Virus record (IMG/VR): IMGVR_UViG_3300016263_000687
Coordinates: 1-34,901 of that record
DNA: 34,901 nucleotides
Origin: a virus
Lineage: Duplodnaviria > Caudoviricetes
Strand: one strand, 5' to 3'
Below the pieces are notes generated by a model, which saw only the letters and a program-made list of their open reading frames with translations, searched no databases and was not told where the DNA came from. Within the stretch, counting starts at the first letter, position 1. Every line of letters starts with the position of its first letter. The translations under genes were made by a program, and so were the position numbers. This document shows positions 26,005 to 34,901 of this stretch, in pieces.

Positions 26005-27264
26005 TCAGGTGGTCGGCATCTTGAGGAACTTGACTTCACCCGAAGCGCCCGACACCCAGTCGGAGTCGGTGCGAAGCACCGCCCGGAAGGTGACGAGATC
26101 GCTCGAGAAGGCGAAGTCGTCCGAACGCTCGAACCGGAGGGTTCCAACGTCACGGATGTAGAAGCCCCGGAAGTTACCGAACGCCATGGCGGTCCCGCCG
26201 GCGGTCGCAAACGCGGCCACGTTGGGGTCCTCAATCACCGGGTAGCCCAGCAGCGTGTCGGGCGTGCCGACGATGCTCGAAGGCTCCCACAGCGGACGAC
26301 CCGTGGTGTCGGTGATCTTGCGGATCTTGGCAGCGTTGGTGTCCAGCGTGAAGAACTGGGCGCCGCGGCGAGCCACGGGGTTCACCGAGTAGACGAGGTC
26401 GATGAGGTTCGCCATCGAGGGCACCCCGGTGCTGCCGGTCTGCGCGGTGGCGCCGACAGGCTGCGTCGAGATGATGCCCTTGGGCTGGGCCGAACCGGAA
26501 CCGGTGACGTAGGCAGCGTCGGTCGCACGGGCGATACCCCGGGCGGCGTCCTCAGCCACGAAACCGAGCAGATCCACACCCGAGTCCTCGAGGAGCTCAG
26601 AAGAGACCTGCACCAGCTGACCGTACTTCCAGGCGTTCAGGGTGACCTGACCGAACTGGGCGTCGTTCTCACCGAGCGCCGTGCCCTCGCCGCGCAGGGC
26701 AGCGGTGCCGTGCGTAGCAACGTTCGGGAACTGCAGCGACTCGCCGCCGGCGGTCGTGAGAACCGTGACGTTCAGCTGACGAGCACCGGAGTACCACTCG
26801 AGGTAGTCGTACAGCGACCGGGCGAACGACGTGGGAACGGTGTAACCACCGGAGGTGGTCACGTCCTCGACGTGATCCCGCAGCTCGACGATCTGACCGG
26901 ACCGGATCGCACGCTTCTCACGGGCCACGCCACGAAGGTCGAGATCGATGGTGCGGATCTCGCCGTTCAGGAACCGGGTCATGTCGTCGACGGCCTTACG
27001 GTCACGGCGCTCGATCTCGACCGATCCGAGAACCGGCTCGTAGGCGCTGCGGGCCTCGGCGGCCTCACGCTCACGGTGCTCGATCTCGAGAAGGCCACGG
27101 ATCTGCTCGTCCTTGGCGTCGATGTCGGCGTTGATCGCCGTCCACTTGCCGTGCTCCTCGGCGGTGAACTCACGGTTCTCACGCTCGGCGCGCTCGATGA
27201 GCTCCTTGGCCTCAGACCAGGCGTGCTGACGAGCGTCACGCAGGTTGGAGAGGTAGTCCCGCAT
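26005..27264 (-). CDS. HK97-fold major capsid protein with N-terminal delta domain
   Basis: Coiled-coil N-terminus, GGYTVP, VSSELLEDS, TLLGYPV, AFGNF; RBS GAAAGGA. Confidence 0.95.
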   Translation of the reverse strand: MRDYLSNLRDARQHAWSEAKELIERAERENREFTAEEHGKWTAINADIDAKDEQIRGLLEIEHREREAAEARSAYEPVLGSVEIERRDRKAVDDMTRFLNGEIRTIDLDLRGVAREKRAIRSGQIVELRDHVEDVTTSGGYTVPTSFARSLYDYLEWYSGARQLNVTVLTTAGGESLQFPNVATHGTAALRGEGTALGENDAQFGQVTLNAWKYGQLVQVSSELLEDSGVDLLGFVAEDAARGIARATDAAYVTGSGSAQPKGIISTQPVGATAQTGSTGVPSMANLIDLVYSVNPVARRGAQFFTLDTNAAKIRKITDTTGRPLWEPSSIVGTPDTLLGYPVIEDPNVAAFATAGGTAMAFGNFRGFYIRDVGTLRFERSDDFAFSSDLVTFRAVLRTDSDWVSGASGEVKFLKMPTT

Positions 27265-27367
27265 TGGGATTTCCTTTCAGGTTGAAGGGAAGGGTTACAG
27301 GCGCTCGGTGCTTTCGGCGGCCAAGCTAGGAACTTGCGGCTTCCTCAGAACGTGCTTTCGGCGGCGT

Positions 27368-27913
27368 TCAGTCGGAAGAAACATCTTCGACGTTGAGATA
27401 CAAGGCGGCGATCTGCGCCTGGGCGTCCGCTTCGCTCGGATGGCATCCTTCGAGGTTGCCTTCCATGTCGAGCACAGCGACCGGCCTAGACACAGGACAC
27501 GCCGAGTAACCAACGACGATGCGCCAAGGATTGCGGCCCTCGCGCACACTCTCAAGGATTCCACGGGTCCACGAAACCGCAGGATCGCCACCCCACGCTG
27601 CCCACGCCACCCGGCCCGGCGACGGATAACCCGGCTCACCCGGACTCCAACCCTCACCCTGCTTGTCGACCTCATGGCGGGCCAAATAAGAAGCGATGCG
27701 GCGAATGATGCTGAGACTGACAGCTTCTCCATCAGCGAGCTGCTGCGCCCGCCGTCGGCCCGTTGGTGTGAACCCAGAGCCGGCCTGGCCGTCCTCGATC
27801 CATCGCAACGCCCGCTTCGCTTCCTCGCGCACACCCTCAGGCGGCGCATACGGCTGGCGAACCTCAGCCTTTGCAGCAAGCTGCAACCATGCCCGAGCTA
27901 CCGAAACTTTCAC
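27368..27913 (-). CDS. Head-module protein of unknown function (RHEVDK/AWAAWGG domain)
   Basis: GTG start overlaps upstream TGA; motif SYLARHEVDK...GRVAWAAWGG, recalled from other phage head operons. Confidence 0.75.
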   Translation of the reverse strand: MKVSVARAWLQLAAKAEVRQPYAPPEGVREEAKRALRWIEDGQAGSGFTPTGRRRAQQLADGEAVSLSIIRRIASYLARHEVDKQGEGWSPGEPGYPSPGRVAWAAWGGDPAVSWTRGILESVREGRNPWRIVVGYSACPVSRPVAVLDMEGNLEGCHPSEADAQAQIAALYLNVEDVSSD

Positions 27914-28245
27914 GCGACCGGAGGCCGAGCCTTCAACAGCAACGCCCGCCGCCGAGCCGACCGGGCAGATCCCTCGATCAACTCGTTCGGGATGATCCAC
28001 AACTTGCAAACACCCGCCGGGGCGATCTCGCCCTCAACGATTTCGCAGGCCAACGGCCCCTCGTAGAAATAGCAGTTTTGGCAGATAAGGCCCTCACCGG
28101 CAAACGGTGATTCGGCCACATAGTGGGCACCCTCAGAACCGGTGTCCTGAGTCCATTTGCCGTGAACGTGGACAATGTCCTCGAGGGCTTCGTATTGGGC
28201 GATCTGCCGCGCCGACGCCGGGTAAGCCGACTCTTCGATGCTCAT
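27910..28245 (-). CDS. HiPIP-like four-cysteine protein
   Basis: CQNC-x8-C-x12-C-KLW; translationally coupled to the protease gene. Confidence 0.65.
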   Translation of the reverse strand: MSIEESAYPASARQIAQYEALEDIVHVHGKWTQDTGSEGAHYVAESPFAGEGLICQNCYFYEGPLACEIVEGEIAPAGVCKLWIIPNELIEGSARSARRRALLLKARPPVA

Positions 28246-28925
28246 GCGAACGGGCTGTGCTTCCGCTTCAGCAGCTCCATGCGGAAACTGCTCAGGTCGA
28301 CAGGGACGATCTCGTCAGGGGTTTCGACCACGACGATTTCGGCATCTTCGCCGGGCAGCCGGCCACAGCGGATCGCATCGACCAGGGCCTCAGCATCAAC
28401 GCCGGTCTTCGCAGCCAGGTGCTCGAGGGCACGGCTCGCAACATCGGTGTCAGGGTAAGCCGGGTAGGTCACCGGTGAAACGTCACCATTCTGCAGGCTG
28501 ACTTCACGCAGAGTCCGCAGCGGATACCCGTCGTCGGTGCGCTCCCAACCGTCATCGATGACTCGGAATCCGAAGCTGGACTGGTTCACATCACCGCGCT
28601 CGATCGAAACCATCAGGTCTCGCCCGTAAGAGGTGTCGGGAACCGACACGTCGTACAGGAGGCCAGTCTCATCTTCGGCCAGGCGCAGCGTGCCAGCCTT
28701 TGTGCGACCCAGAATCAGCGACGCATCATGGTTGAACAAAGCACGAACGTCGGCTTCCTTGATCGTCTTCGTGAACGCGCCAGGCGCGATTCGCTCCACG
28801 AAACCGCCAAGATCCTGAGAAAGACGGTTGAAGACGGCAGCGTGACCTTCGATGCGGAACTCGGCCCCGACGGCGCGGGCCTCGAACTCCGTGCTGTAGT
28901 AACGACGCTCAGACGGACGCATCAA
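28242..28925 (-). CDS. HK97-family prohead protease
   Basis: GHAAVFN, ERIAPGAF, ALFNHD, SSFGF, VSPVTYPAYPDT. Confidence 0.95.
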   Translation of the reverse strand: MMRPSERRYYSTEFEARAVGAEFRIEGHAAVFNRLSQDLGGFVERIAPGAFTKTIKEADVRALFNHDASLILGRTKAGTLRLAEDETGLLYDVSVPDTSYGRDLMVSIERGDVNQSSFGFRVIDDGWERTDDGYPLRTLREVSLQNGDVSPVTYPAYPDTDVASRALEHLAAKTGVDAEALVDAIRCGRLPGEDAEIVVVETPDEIVPVDLSSFRMELLKRKHSPFA

Positions 28926-30720
28926 TCAACTCCTCGAGAATGCCGATGATCGCAAGCTCTTCGAGCCGGCGGATCTCTGCTTCCCATTTGAGACTGGCAG
29001 GATGAGAAACCTTCTGCATCCTAGAAACCTGATGCTGGGAACGCACCAGAACTCTGCTCCTAGTTTCGACGTTCCGAACCTGCACCTTTCGGATAGGTAA
29101 CGGCTCGATGATCGCCACCGGCGCGTGCAGAACGGTCGGGCGCGCGTAGATGACCGACAGGCGCAGCACCGTCTTCGATTCGGTCAGATACTTGACCGGT
29201 TGCCGGTCCTGACGGCGCGGCCTGACAATCCGATACTCGGGAACACCTGACGCTGTGAGCGACGGCGACGCCCCAGAAATGTCCAGGTTGATGCCGATGG
29301 CACCAGAACCGAAGTGTTCGGCCTGGCCGGAGGCGTCGATCGCCACCTTGACCACGACGGCAGCCTGCCCGACCGCTTCACGCGCACCGTCGGCGGCGAC
29401 AGCCACCCCGATAGCGACCGCGCCACTAGCGGCCTTCGTGCCAGCACCCTGCCCGGCGACCGCCACGCCGACAGCCACGTCAGCGGCCCCCAGAGCCGTT
29501 CTAACGCCCTCTGAGGCGATCTGGACGGCTACAGCGACCCCAGCAGCCCCGACGGCTGTACGAACGCCAGAGGCGCTTACAGCGGCGCTGACCTCGAGAG
29601 CGCCAGAACCAGTCTTTGCACCTTCCTTCGCCCCGGTGGCCGACACCGCCACAGCCACGTCGACAGCAGCAGCACCCGCCGCCGTCCTGGCCCCGGTCGC
29701 TGCAACCGCCACATCGACGGCCACAGCACCAGACCCGAAACCGGTACGAACACCCGTGCCCGAGACAGCCAGGTCAACAGCAACCGCCCCAGAACCCGAC
29801 GCCGTTCGCAACCCCGTAGCAGACACGGCCACATCGGCAGCGACCGCCCCGGCGCCCACAGCAGTCCGAACACCCGTGCCCGCCACCGCCACATCGGCAG
29901 CAATCGCAGCCGAACCAACAGCCGTCCGCAGACCCGTGCCGGCCACCGCCACATCGGCGGCAACAGCAGCCGAGCCAGAACGAACCTTGGCGCCCGTGCC
30001 GGCCACAGCGACAGCTGCGGAAACCGCCCCAGATCCGCTGTTTGTATCCCCGATGAGGGTTACGTCGCCGCCGTTGAGCGTCCACGTTTCTCCGGTGGCG
30101 CTTCCGGTCCAAGATGTGACAGTCGTGCTGCCTGCGTCAGTCGGGTAGAACTCGGCAACTTTGGTTTCTGTGCCCGAGCCGTACAGCCCTGAGTAGACGG
30201 TGACACGCCGAACGTCGCCATCCCACAAACCGGCGGTGCCAACGTTGATCGAGCCGATCTCGAGGACAGAGGTGCTGTTGTGCAACGCGCCGGTAATCCC
30301 GGTGACGTTTGCCCCAACCTGAGTGAACGAGCCGATCGCAGGTGGTGTAAATGTGCCAGCCGAATAGTTGGCCTTATAGAACTTGATGACACCGTCGGAA
30401 GATTTGCGGGTGACCGCAATCCAATACATCGTGGCGTTGGTAAAGCCTGCTGCCACGGTGCTGACGTAGGTGTTGGCCGTCGTCCCATCGCTCGAGATCT
30501 GCAGCTGCAGAAGATTCGTTGTGGTGTTCGTCAGAATCCATGAGCGTTGATTGCCCGTGGCGTTCCAATGGCTTGCTAGCCGTTGAACGGCAGCAGGTGT
30601 CCAGTCGTCGGCTGAAACGAGCGCAACAACGGAGAAATCTGAAAGGCCTGAGAAACCGGCGGCATCGGGAGTGGACGCATAATCGCCGCTCGTGCCTGGG
30701 AAACGGGCGAGAATGCCCAT
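28909..30720 (-). CDS. Putative head fibre: LamG/ConA-like domain followed by ~13 Ala/Val/Gly 20-aa repeats
   Basis: DFSVVALV..WIAVTR..LEIGS..WDGDVRRVTVY LamG-like motifs; GSxAVAxDVAVxGTGxRTA repeats. Confidence 0.7.
   Translation of the reverse strand: MGILARFPGTSGDYASTPDAAGFSGLSDFSVVALVSADDWTPAAVQRLASHWNATGNQRSWILTNTTTNLLQLQISSDGTTANTYVSTVAAGFTNATMYWIAVTRKSSDGVIKFYKANYSAGTFTPPAIGSFTQVGANVTGITGALHNSTSVLEIGSINVGTAGLWDGDVRRVTVYSGLYGSGTETKVAEFYPTDAGSTTVTSWTGSATGETWTLNGGDVTLIGDTNSGSGAVSAAVAVAGTGAKVRSGSAAVAADVAVAGTGLRTAVGSAAIAADVAVAGTGVRTAVGAGAVAADVAVSATGLRTASGSGAVAVDLAVSGTGVRTGFGSGAVAVDVAVAATGARTAAGAAAVDVAVAVSATGAKEGAKTGSGALEVSAAVSASGVRTAVGAAGVAVAVQIASEGVRTALGAADVAVGVAVAGQGAGTKAASGAVAIGVAVAADGAREAVGQAAVVVKVAIDASGQAEHFGSGAIGINLDISGASPSLTASGVPEYRIVRPRRQDRQPVKYLTESKTVLRLSVIYARPTVLHAPVAIIEPLPIRKVQVRNVETRSRVLVRSQHQVSRMQKVSHPASLKWEAEIRRLEELAIIGILEELIDASV
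29270..30035. repeat. Degenerate 60-bp coding tandem repeat (~13 units)
   Basis: Consecutive 60-bp lines around 29761-30000 align (ccaccgccacatcggc...cccgtgcc); boundaries approximate. Confidence 0.85.
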
Positions 30721-30731
30721 CGGTTATCCGA

Positions 30732-31109
30732 TCAGGTCAGCGTGACCGTCAACGCCGTCAGCGTGAACGTGTCGCCCGCCGTCACCGAAACACCGGCAGT
30801 CAAAGCACCAGACCCAAGGCAGTTACCGGCGGTGCTGTTATCCCACAGGCTGACGTAGCTGTAGGTCTCGGTGGTGGACACGTTCGTCCAGCTCGGCGTG
30901 TTCGTCAGGCTGATGACACCACCGGACGCTGCGCCGAACTCGACCGCCTGACGGGAAGTGTTGCCTGCAGCGTTTGACGTTCCATCCTCGCCCGGATCGC
31001 CGGTGTGCAACTTGGCGTACACCGCCGACGGCGCCGTGAAACTCGAACCGTTGCCGCCGCCCCGAAGAGCGTTCGCAAACGCATTTTCCAAGTAGTTAGA
31101 AGCGCTCAC
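30732..31109 (-). CDS. Small beta-rich virion (fibre/spike-associated) protein
   Basis: MSASNYLEN...VYAKLHTGDPG...GDTFT pattern of a common small phage structural family; precedes a repeat-containing fibre gene. Confidence 0.7.
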   Translation of the reverse strand: MSASNYLENAFANALRGGGNGSSFTAPSAVYAKLHTGDPGEDGTSNAAGNTSRQAVEFGAASGGVISLTNTPSWTNVSTTETYSYVSLWDNSTAGNCLGSGALTAGVSVTAGDTFTLTALTVTLT

Positions 31110-31402
31110 TTGATGTCGATCTCCAGATCATGGGCGAACTCGGCGCCCGGCGGTAGAGGCAACGCCTCCGACAATGATTGCAGAACCTCGAGGGACACGT
31201 CGCCGTCAAGCAACCGCACCTCATCGAACCGGGTCATCTGCACGAACGGGCCGAACGTCACCCGGCCCCGAACCAGACCATTCTGGCGCGGCAACGGCTG
31301 ACGCTCATACCCAGGGGTACGAACCTCCCGGCCAGCAGAAAACAACCCGACACGCAGCTCGGGATTGTCGAAGAATCCCATCAGCGCCTGGCGCAGATTC
31401 AC
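31106..31402 (-). CDS. Hypothetical virion protein, distantly resembling the adjacent 125-aa protein
   Basis: Translationally coupled on both sides; LRVGLF..GYERQ..VTFG pattern parallels the neighbour. Confidence 0.6.
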   Translation of the reverse strand: MNLRQALMGFFDNPELRVGLFSAGREVRTPGYERQPLPRQNGLVRGRVTFGPFVQMTRFDEVRLLDGDVSLEVLQSLSEALPLPPGAEFAHDLEIDIK

Positions 31403-32607
31403 GCCCGCACCTCAGAAATGCCGTCAGGCAACGTGTCGTGAACGATCTTCACCTCGACGCTCCGAGGCTGTTCCTCCACAGGCGTTTCCGGGGCGACCGG
31501 CTCGTCAGCCATTTCCGGCAGGTTTTCCCAGGCGCGTGCTTCATTGACCTCGAGGAACCCGGTCTCGATCCCAACCTTGTACGAGTCGTAACGGGTCTTC
31601 AGGTCGGCTCGGAGGAACGCATCAGCATTGAACTTGGCGTACTGAGGCCGAGGCAGGAGCTTCGTGATCGCATTCTCGATGCGGGTCATCCAAGGCATCA
31701 GCGTGAACCGGGTCACGTCGGTTCCCAGCTGCTCGACGTTCGCATACGTCAGGTTCGGCCCGGTCGTCGGCGTGAACGGATGCGTCAACCCGAACAGCTT
31801 GTAGATCTGGGCATCCATGTATTGGCGGGTCTGCAGGAACTGGGCCTGCTCAGGGCTGATCGCAATCGGCTGGTAGGTGGCGCCCCCGGTGAGGACAGCC
31901 GGCAGGCTGCTCTTCGACACGCCGGCGTGCTGCTGCCGCCATTGCTGTGCGAGCTCGCGCGCCTGGTCGGGCGTGACAATCCCCGGCGCCTGAATGATCC
32001 CCGACGGCATCGCACCCTGCGAGAAGAACCGAGAGCCGTACTCCTGGGTCGCCAACCCGAGGCCGATGGCCTCACGGGCAGCGGTGATCGGATCGACACC
32101 CTCGATCGCTCCAGGGAACATCAACGCCGGAATGTGAACAATCTCGCCCTCAAAGGGGCGGCCCATCATCCAGTACTGCTTCGTGGACATTTCGCCGGAG
32201 ACACGCCGAACCGAAATCCAATCAGGATGAAGGTTCCACACCTCGACGACGTTGCCGACCTGGTTACGAGTCACCATCCAGTAGGCGTTGCCTCGTAGCA
32301 GCAAAGACACGATCGTCTGCACCATGAACGCAATGCGGTCGGTATCGACGTTCGGCTGATCGACCCACAAAGGATTCGGGATCGGTTCCTGATGGCCGTT
32401 CCGCTTTCGGAACACATCGAGCGGCAGGCTAGAAATCGCATCCGAAATGACCCGAACACACGAATAGACAGCCAGCAGCTGCATCGAAGACATTTCATCG
32501 ACCCGGACGCCCGCCGCAGCAGTCGCCATCGAAATGTCATCACCCCGCGCCCAGGCCGACCACTTCGGATCCCTGATCGCGCGTCGCTCAAACAGATTCC
32601 CGAGCAC
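31399..32607 (-). CDS. HK97-family portal protein
   Basis: AVYSCVRVISDAISSLPL, LLLRGNAY, QFLQTR, YANVEQ motifs; GTG start with AGGAG RBS. Confidence 0.95.
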   Translation of the reverse strand: MLGNLFERRAIRDPKWSAWARGDDISMATAAAGVRVDEMSSMQLLAVYSCVRVISDAISSLPLDVFRKRNGHQEPIPNPLWVDQPNVDTDRIAFMVQTIVSLLLRGNAYWMVTRNQVGNVVEVWNLHPDWISVRRVSGEMSTKQYWMMGRPFEGEIVHIPALMFPGAIEGVDPITAAREAIGLGLATQEYGSRFFSQGAMPSGIIQAPGIVTPDQARELAQQWRQQHAGVSKSSLPAVLTGGATYQPIAISPEQAQFLQTRQYMDAQIYKLFGLTHPFTPTTGPNLTYANVEQLGTDVTRFTLMPWMTRIENAITKLLPRPQYAKFNADAFLRADLKTRYDSYKVGIETGFLEVNEARAWENLPEMADEPVAPETPVEEQPRSVEVKIVHDTLPDGISEVRA

Positions 32608-32746
32608 CCGAACTCCTGAACTCCAGCGCCACACCAACAGCCACCAGCTCGACGCCAGCAACGATCAAACCCAGCCAAGGCGCCACCAAAGCCACCCCGA
32701 CTGCCACGGCAACCAACCCGACAACCTGACAAACAGAAGCGATCAA
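32588..32746 (-). CDS. Small membrane protein between terminase and portal
   Basis: Two hydrophobic segments; TTG start overlapping the terL stop; usual position in HK97-type clusters. Confidence 0.6.
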   Translation of the reverse strand: MIASVCQVVGLVAVAVGVALVAPWLGLIVAGVELVAVGVALEFRSSGARESV

Positions 32747-34230
32747 AGATCCACCAGACTGATGAGCGACACGGACTGCTGCGGCTGCGCCGCCTGACTC
32801 ATAGCAATGCACATAGCCACGGCTGCGTCGATTCTGCCCTTTCGACCGGACTTGCTCTTAGATAGCGTAAAGCCCCGTTCGTTGAACTTGGCTACAGCGT
32901 TCAACACCTGGTTCTCGAACAGCTCGTCGCCGTCGTGGGTGATCTCGCCCCGTTTGATGGCCTCGAACGTCTGGCCGACCGCCGGCGTCATCCGCTCGAG
33001 CGACTGGGGAAACTCAACGATCGGATACCCCTCGTCCAGCAGCTGCTGCGCCGGCAGGTCGAAGAACCTCGGATCGTAAGCCATCGATTTCACGTCGTAC
33101 ATGGCGCCCAACTCGCGCAGGAACTGCATCGCATCGGTCACGTCCAGGTGCCCATCCTCGACCGGCTCCCAGATCTTGCATTTGACGTGCCAGCCTTCGC
33201 CTCGCTTCTGCACCCAGGCGATCGCCGTGCTGTCGCGCTTCAACGCCACGTCGATCCCCACCCAGGTCGCCGCGCCCGGCTCCATGCCCCACGGGTCGAT
33301 AAGCCCGCGCCAGACAGAACGCCCGTCGGACCCGAGCCACGACTCCACACCGTCGATCCATTGAGCCAGACGGAAGATCCGAAAGTGCGCCTCCGGGCTG
33401 AGCGCCACGGCGGTCTCGAGCGCGGTGACATTCATGTAGCCCTCTGCCAGAGCTGGGTTGGCCCTGTGCCATTGATCCATGTCGTCAATGCGACAGTTTT
33501 CGTCAGCGGCATATTCGGTGAAGATGAAGCCGGGCAGCTTGTCGCCAGACTTCCATCGTTGCCGCATCTGCCACAACGCGCTGCTCTTATCGAACCCGGG
33601 CGTTCCGATACCAACGACCAGACTGTCCGGTCGTTTGCCGGAGGCCAGCAACAGTGACGACCAGGACTCGACGGGCAGGAAGCCCACCTCGTCACAGACC
33701 GCCAAGCTCGGGTCGAGACCCTGCAAGCCATCTGGGTCGTTCGAGATCGGGAACATCTCGCCTTTTACCAACGGATATTTCACCCGCTGCTGCCCCGATG
33801 CCGAAAACACCGAGACCCGATCGGCCAGAACACCGTTGCTCTGGATCATCTCGAGCGCCACGCCGTACACCGACCGGACCGCCTGCTGCACCGTCGTCGC
33901 CACGATCGGCACCTGGGGAGCGCCACCAGGCCCAGGATCCATCAACGCCCACAAAGCCACGCCAGCCAACAACGTGCTTTTACCGTTACCTCGACCCAAA
34001 CTCATGCAGGCCGACGTAACCCCAGGCTGCAAGACCGTTCGCAACCAATCTTTCTGGAACTCGGCCAGCCGCATCGGTTCGCCAGCACCATGCCCCTTCG
34101 GCAAGATGCAATATTCCTCGATCCAGCGGATCGCCCGTTCGGCCCGATCCGTCTCAGGCCATTTCGCCCAAGGCCCAGGCGTCGTGACCTTGATCCGCTT
34201 CGCAGCGTTGCCGTCAGCTCGAGACGCCAT
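32743..34230 (-). CDS. terL: Terminase large subunit
   Basis: Walker A LGRGNGKS, Walker B AVCDEV, nuclease motifs VGIDVA and RIDAAVA; start taken at MASRAD, coupled to the HNH stop. Confidence 0.95.
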   Translation of the reverse strand: MASRADGNAAKRIKVTTPGPWAKWPETDRAERAIRWIEEYCILPKGHGAGEPMRLAEFQKDWLRTVLQPGVTSACMSLGRGNGKSTLLAGVALWALMDPGPGGAPQVPIVATTVQQAVRSVYGVALEMIQSNGVLADRVSVFSASGQQRVKYPLVKGEMFPISNDPDGLQGLDPSLAVCDEVGFLPVESWSSLLLASGKRPDSLVVGIGTPGFDKSSALWQMRQRWKSGDKLPGFIFTEYAADENCRIDDMDQWHRANPALAEGYMNVTALETAVALSPEAHFRIFRLAQWIDGVESWLGSDGRSVWRGLIDPWGMEPGAATWVGIDVALKRDSTAIAWVQKRGEGWHVKCKIWEPVEDGHLDVTDAMQFLRELGAMYDVKSMAYDPRFFDLPAQQLLDEGYPIVEFPQSLERMTPAVGQTFEAIKRGEITHDGDELFENQVLNAVAKFNERGFTLSKSKSGRKGRIDAAVAMCIAMSQAAQPQQSVSLISLVDL

Positions 34231-34856
34231 CAGGGCACCAACAACAGCTGCGCCGGCCCGACATGCCGCCGCCGAAGATTGCATTCACGATGAGCCAAAG
34301 CCACATTCGCACGCTCATCCAACCCGCCCGCCGAAATCGGCACCAGGTGATCGATCGTCGGCCCCTTCGGCAACGTGCCCGACAAGCGGCGATCCACACG
34401 CCGCCGACACAAATGACAACGCCACCCATCACGATCCCCGATCTCCTGAATCGTGAACCGGTCACCCACTCGAGCTCCACGCCGCTTCACACTCTTCCGC
34501 CGATTCACATCCGCCGATTTCGGCTTTGCCTTCCAACGGCAATCAGGACAGCAGAACCGGCCAGCAGGCGTTCGAGCAACACCACAGAACTTGCCGCATT
34601 TATCGCAGACACGGTGATACAGCCGACAAGAACCAGCCGGCGTTCCGTTGCCTTTGCTCGATGCAATGCATTTCCGAGAACAGAAACGCGCACGCCGATG
34701 CATTGCGGGATTGGGAATCCATGACCATCCGCACCATTCACAAGGGCGAGCTGCTGGTGACCAATCCATCGGCAACCCAGAACGTTCACGCTGCCGGCAA
34801 CGAGATGCCACATTCGTGCAATCCCGACACCAACAAGGAGCCGGATGCGGCATCAA
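34230..34856 (-). CDS. HNH endonuclease with N-terminal Cys-rich Zn-binding motifs
   Basis: RDGWRCHLC...TIDHLVPISAGGLDERANVALAHRECN HNH motif; stop overlaps the terminase ATG (TGATG); start uncertain. Confidence 0.85.
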   Translation of the reverse strand: MMPHPAPCWCRDCTNVASRCRQRERSGLPMDWSPAARPCEWCGWSWIPNPAMHRRARFCSRKCIASSKGNGTPAGSCRLYHRVCDKCGKFCGVARTPAGRFCCPDCRWKAKPKSADVNRRKSVKRRGARVGDRFTIQEIGDRDGWRCHLCRRRVDRRLSGTLPKGPTIDHLVPISAGGLDERANVALAHRECNLRRRHVGPAQLLLVP

Positions 34857-34901
34857 GTGCCGATAACGGGAGCCGTTCGGCTTTATAGAGAGATTCGCAG
34901 G

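Noticed and set aside
25993-27285. Long plus-strand ORFs (also 19073..20380, 31174..32298, 33479..34456, 29255..30148)
   Set aside because: Antisense shadows of high-GC minus-strand genes with no recognisable motifs

Overview
Apparently near-complete ~34.9-kb genome of a high-GC HK97-type siphophage with a probable Actinomycetota host (three WhiB genes). All credible genes lie on the minus strand, most coupled by overlapping stop/start codons. From the right end: HNH, large terminase, portal, a putative head-fibre insertion, prohead protease, a HiPIP-like protein, major capsid protein, five glycosyltransferases plus an NDP-sugar epimerase nested among virion genes, neck/tail genes with a -1 frameshift chaperone, a lysis cassette and a phosphoesterase/DUF6378 module. 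A strong sigma-A type promoter near 8.6 kb then drives an early region (XRE HTH, SSB-like, three WhiB, NinG-like, secreted transglycosylase, replication initiator, terminal HNH). No integrase, DNA polymerase or recognisable small terminase was seen. The standout is an intergenic ~80-nt RNA (2055-2134, minus) consisting only of the tRNA-like domain of tmRNA with no tag reading frame, a candidate SmpB/trans-translation decoy, preceded by a palindromic repeat element. All calls come from motif reading; no searches were run.
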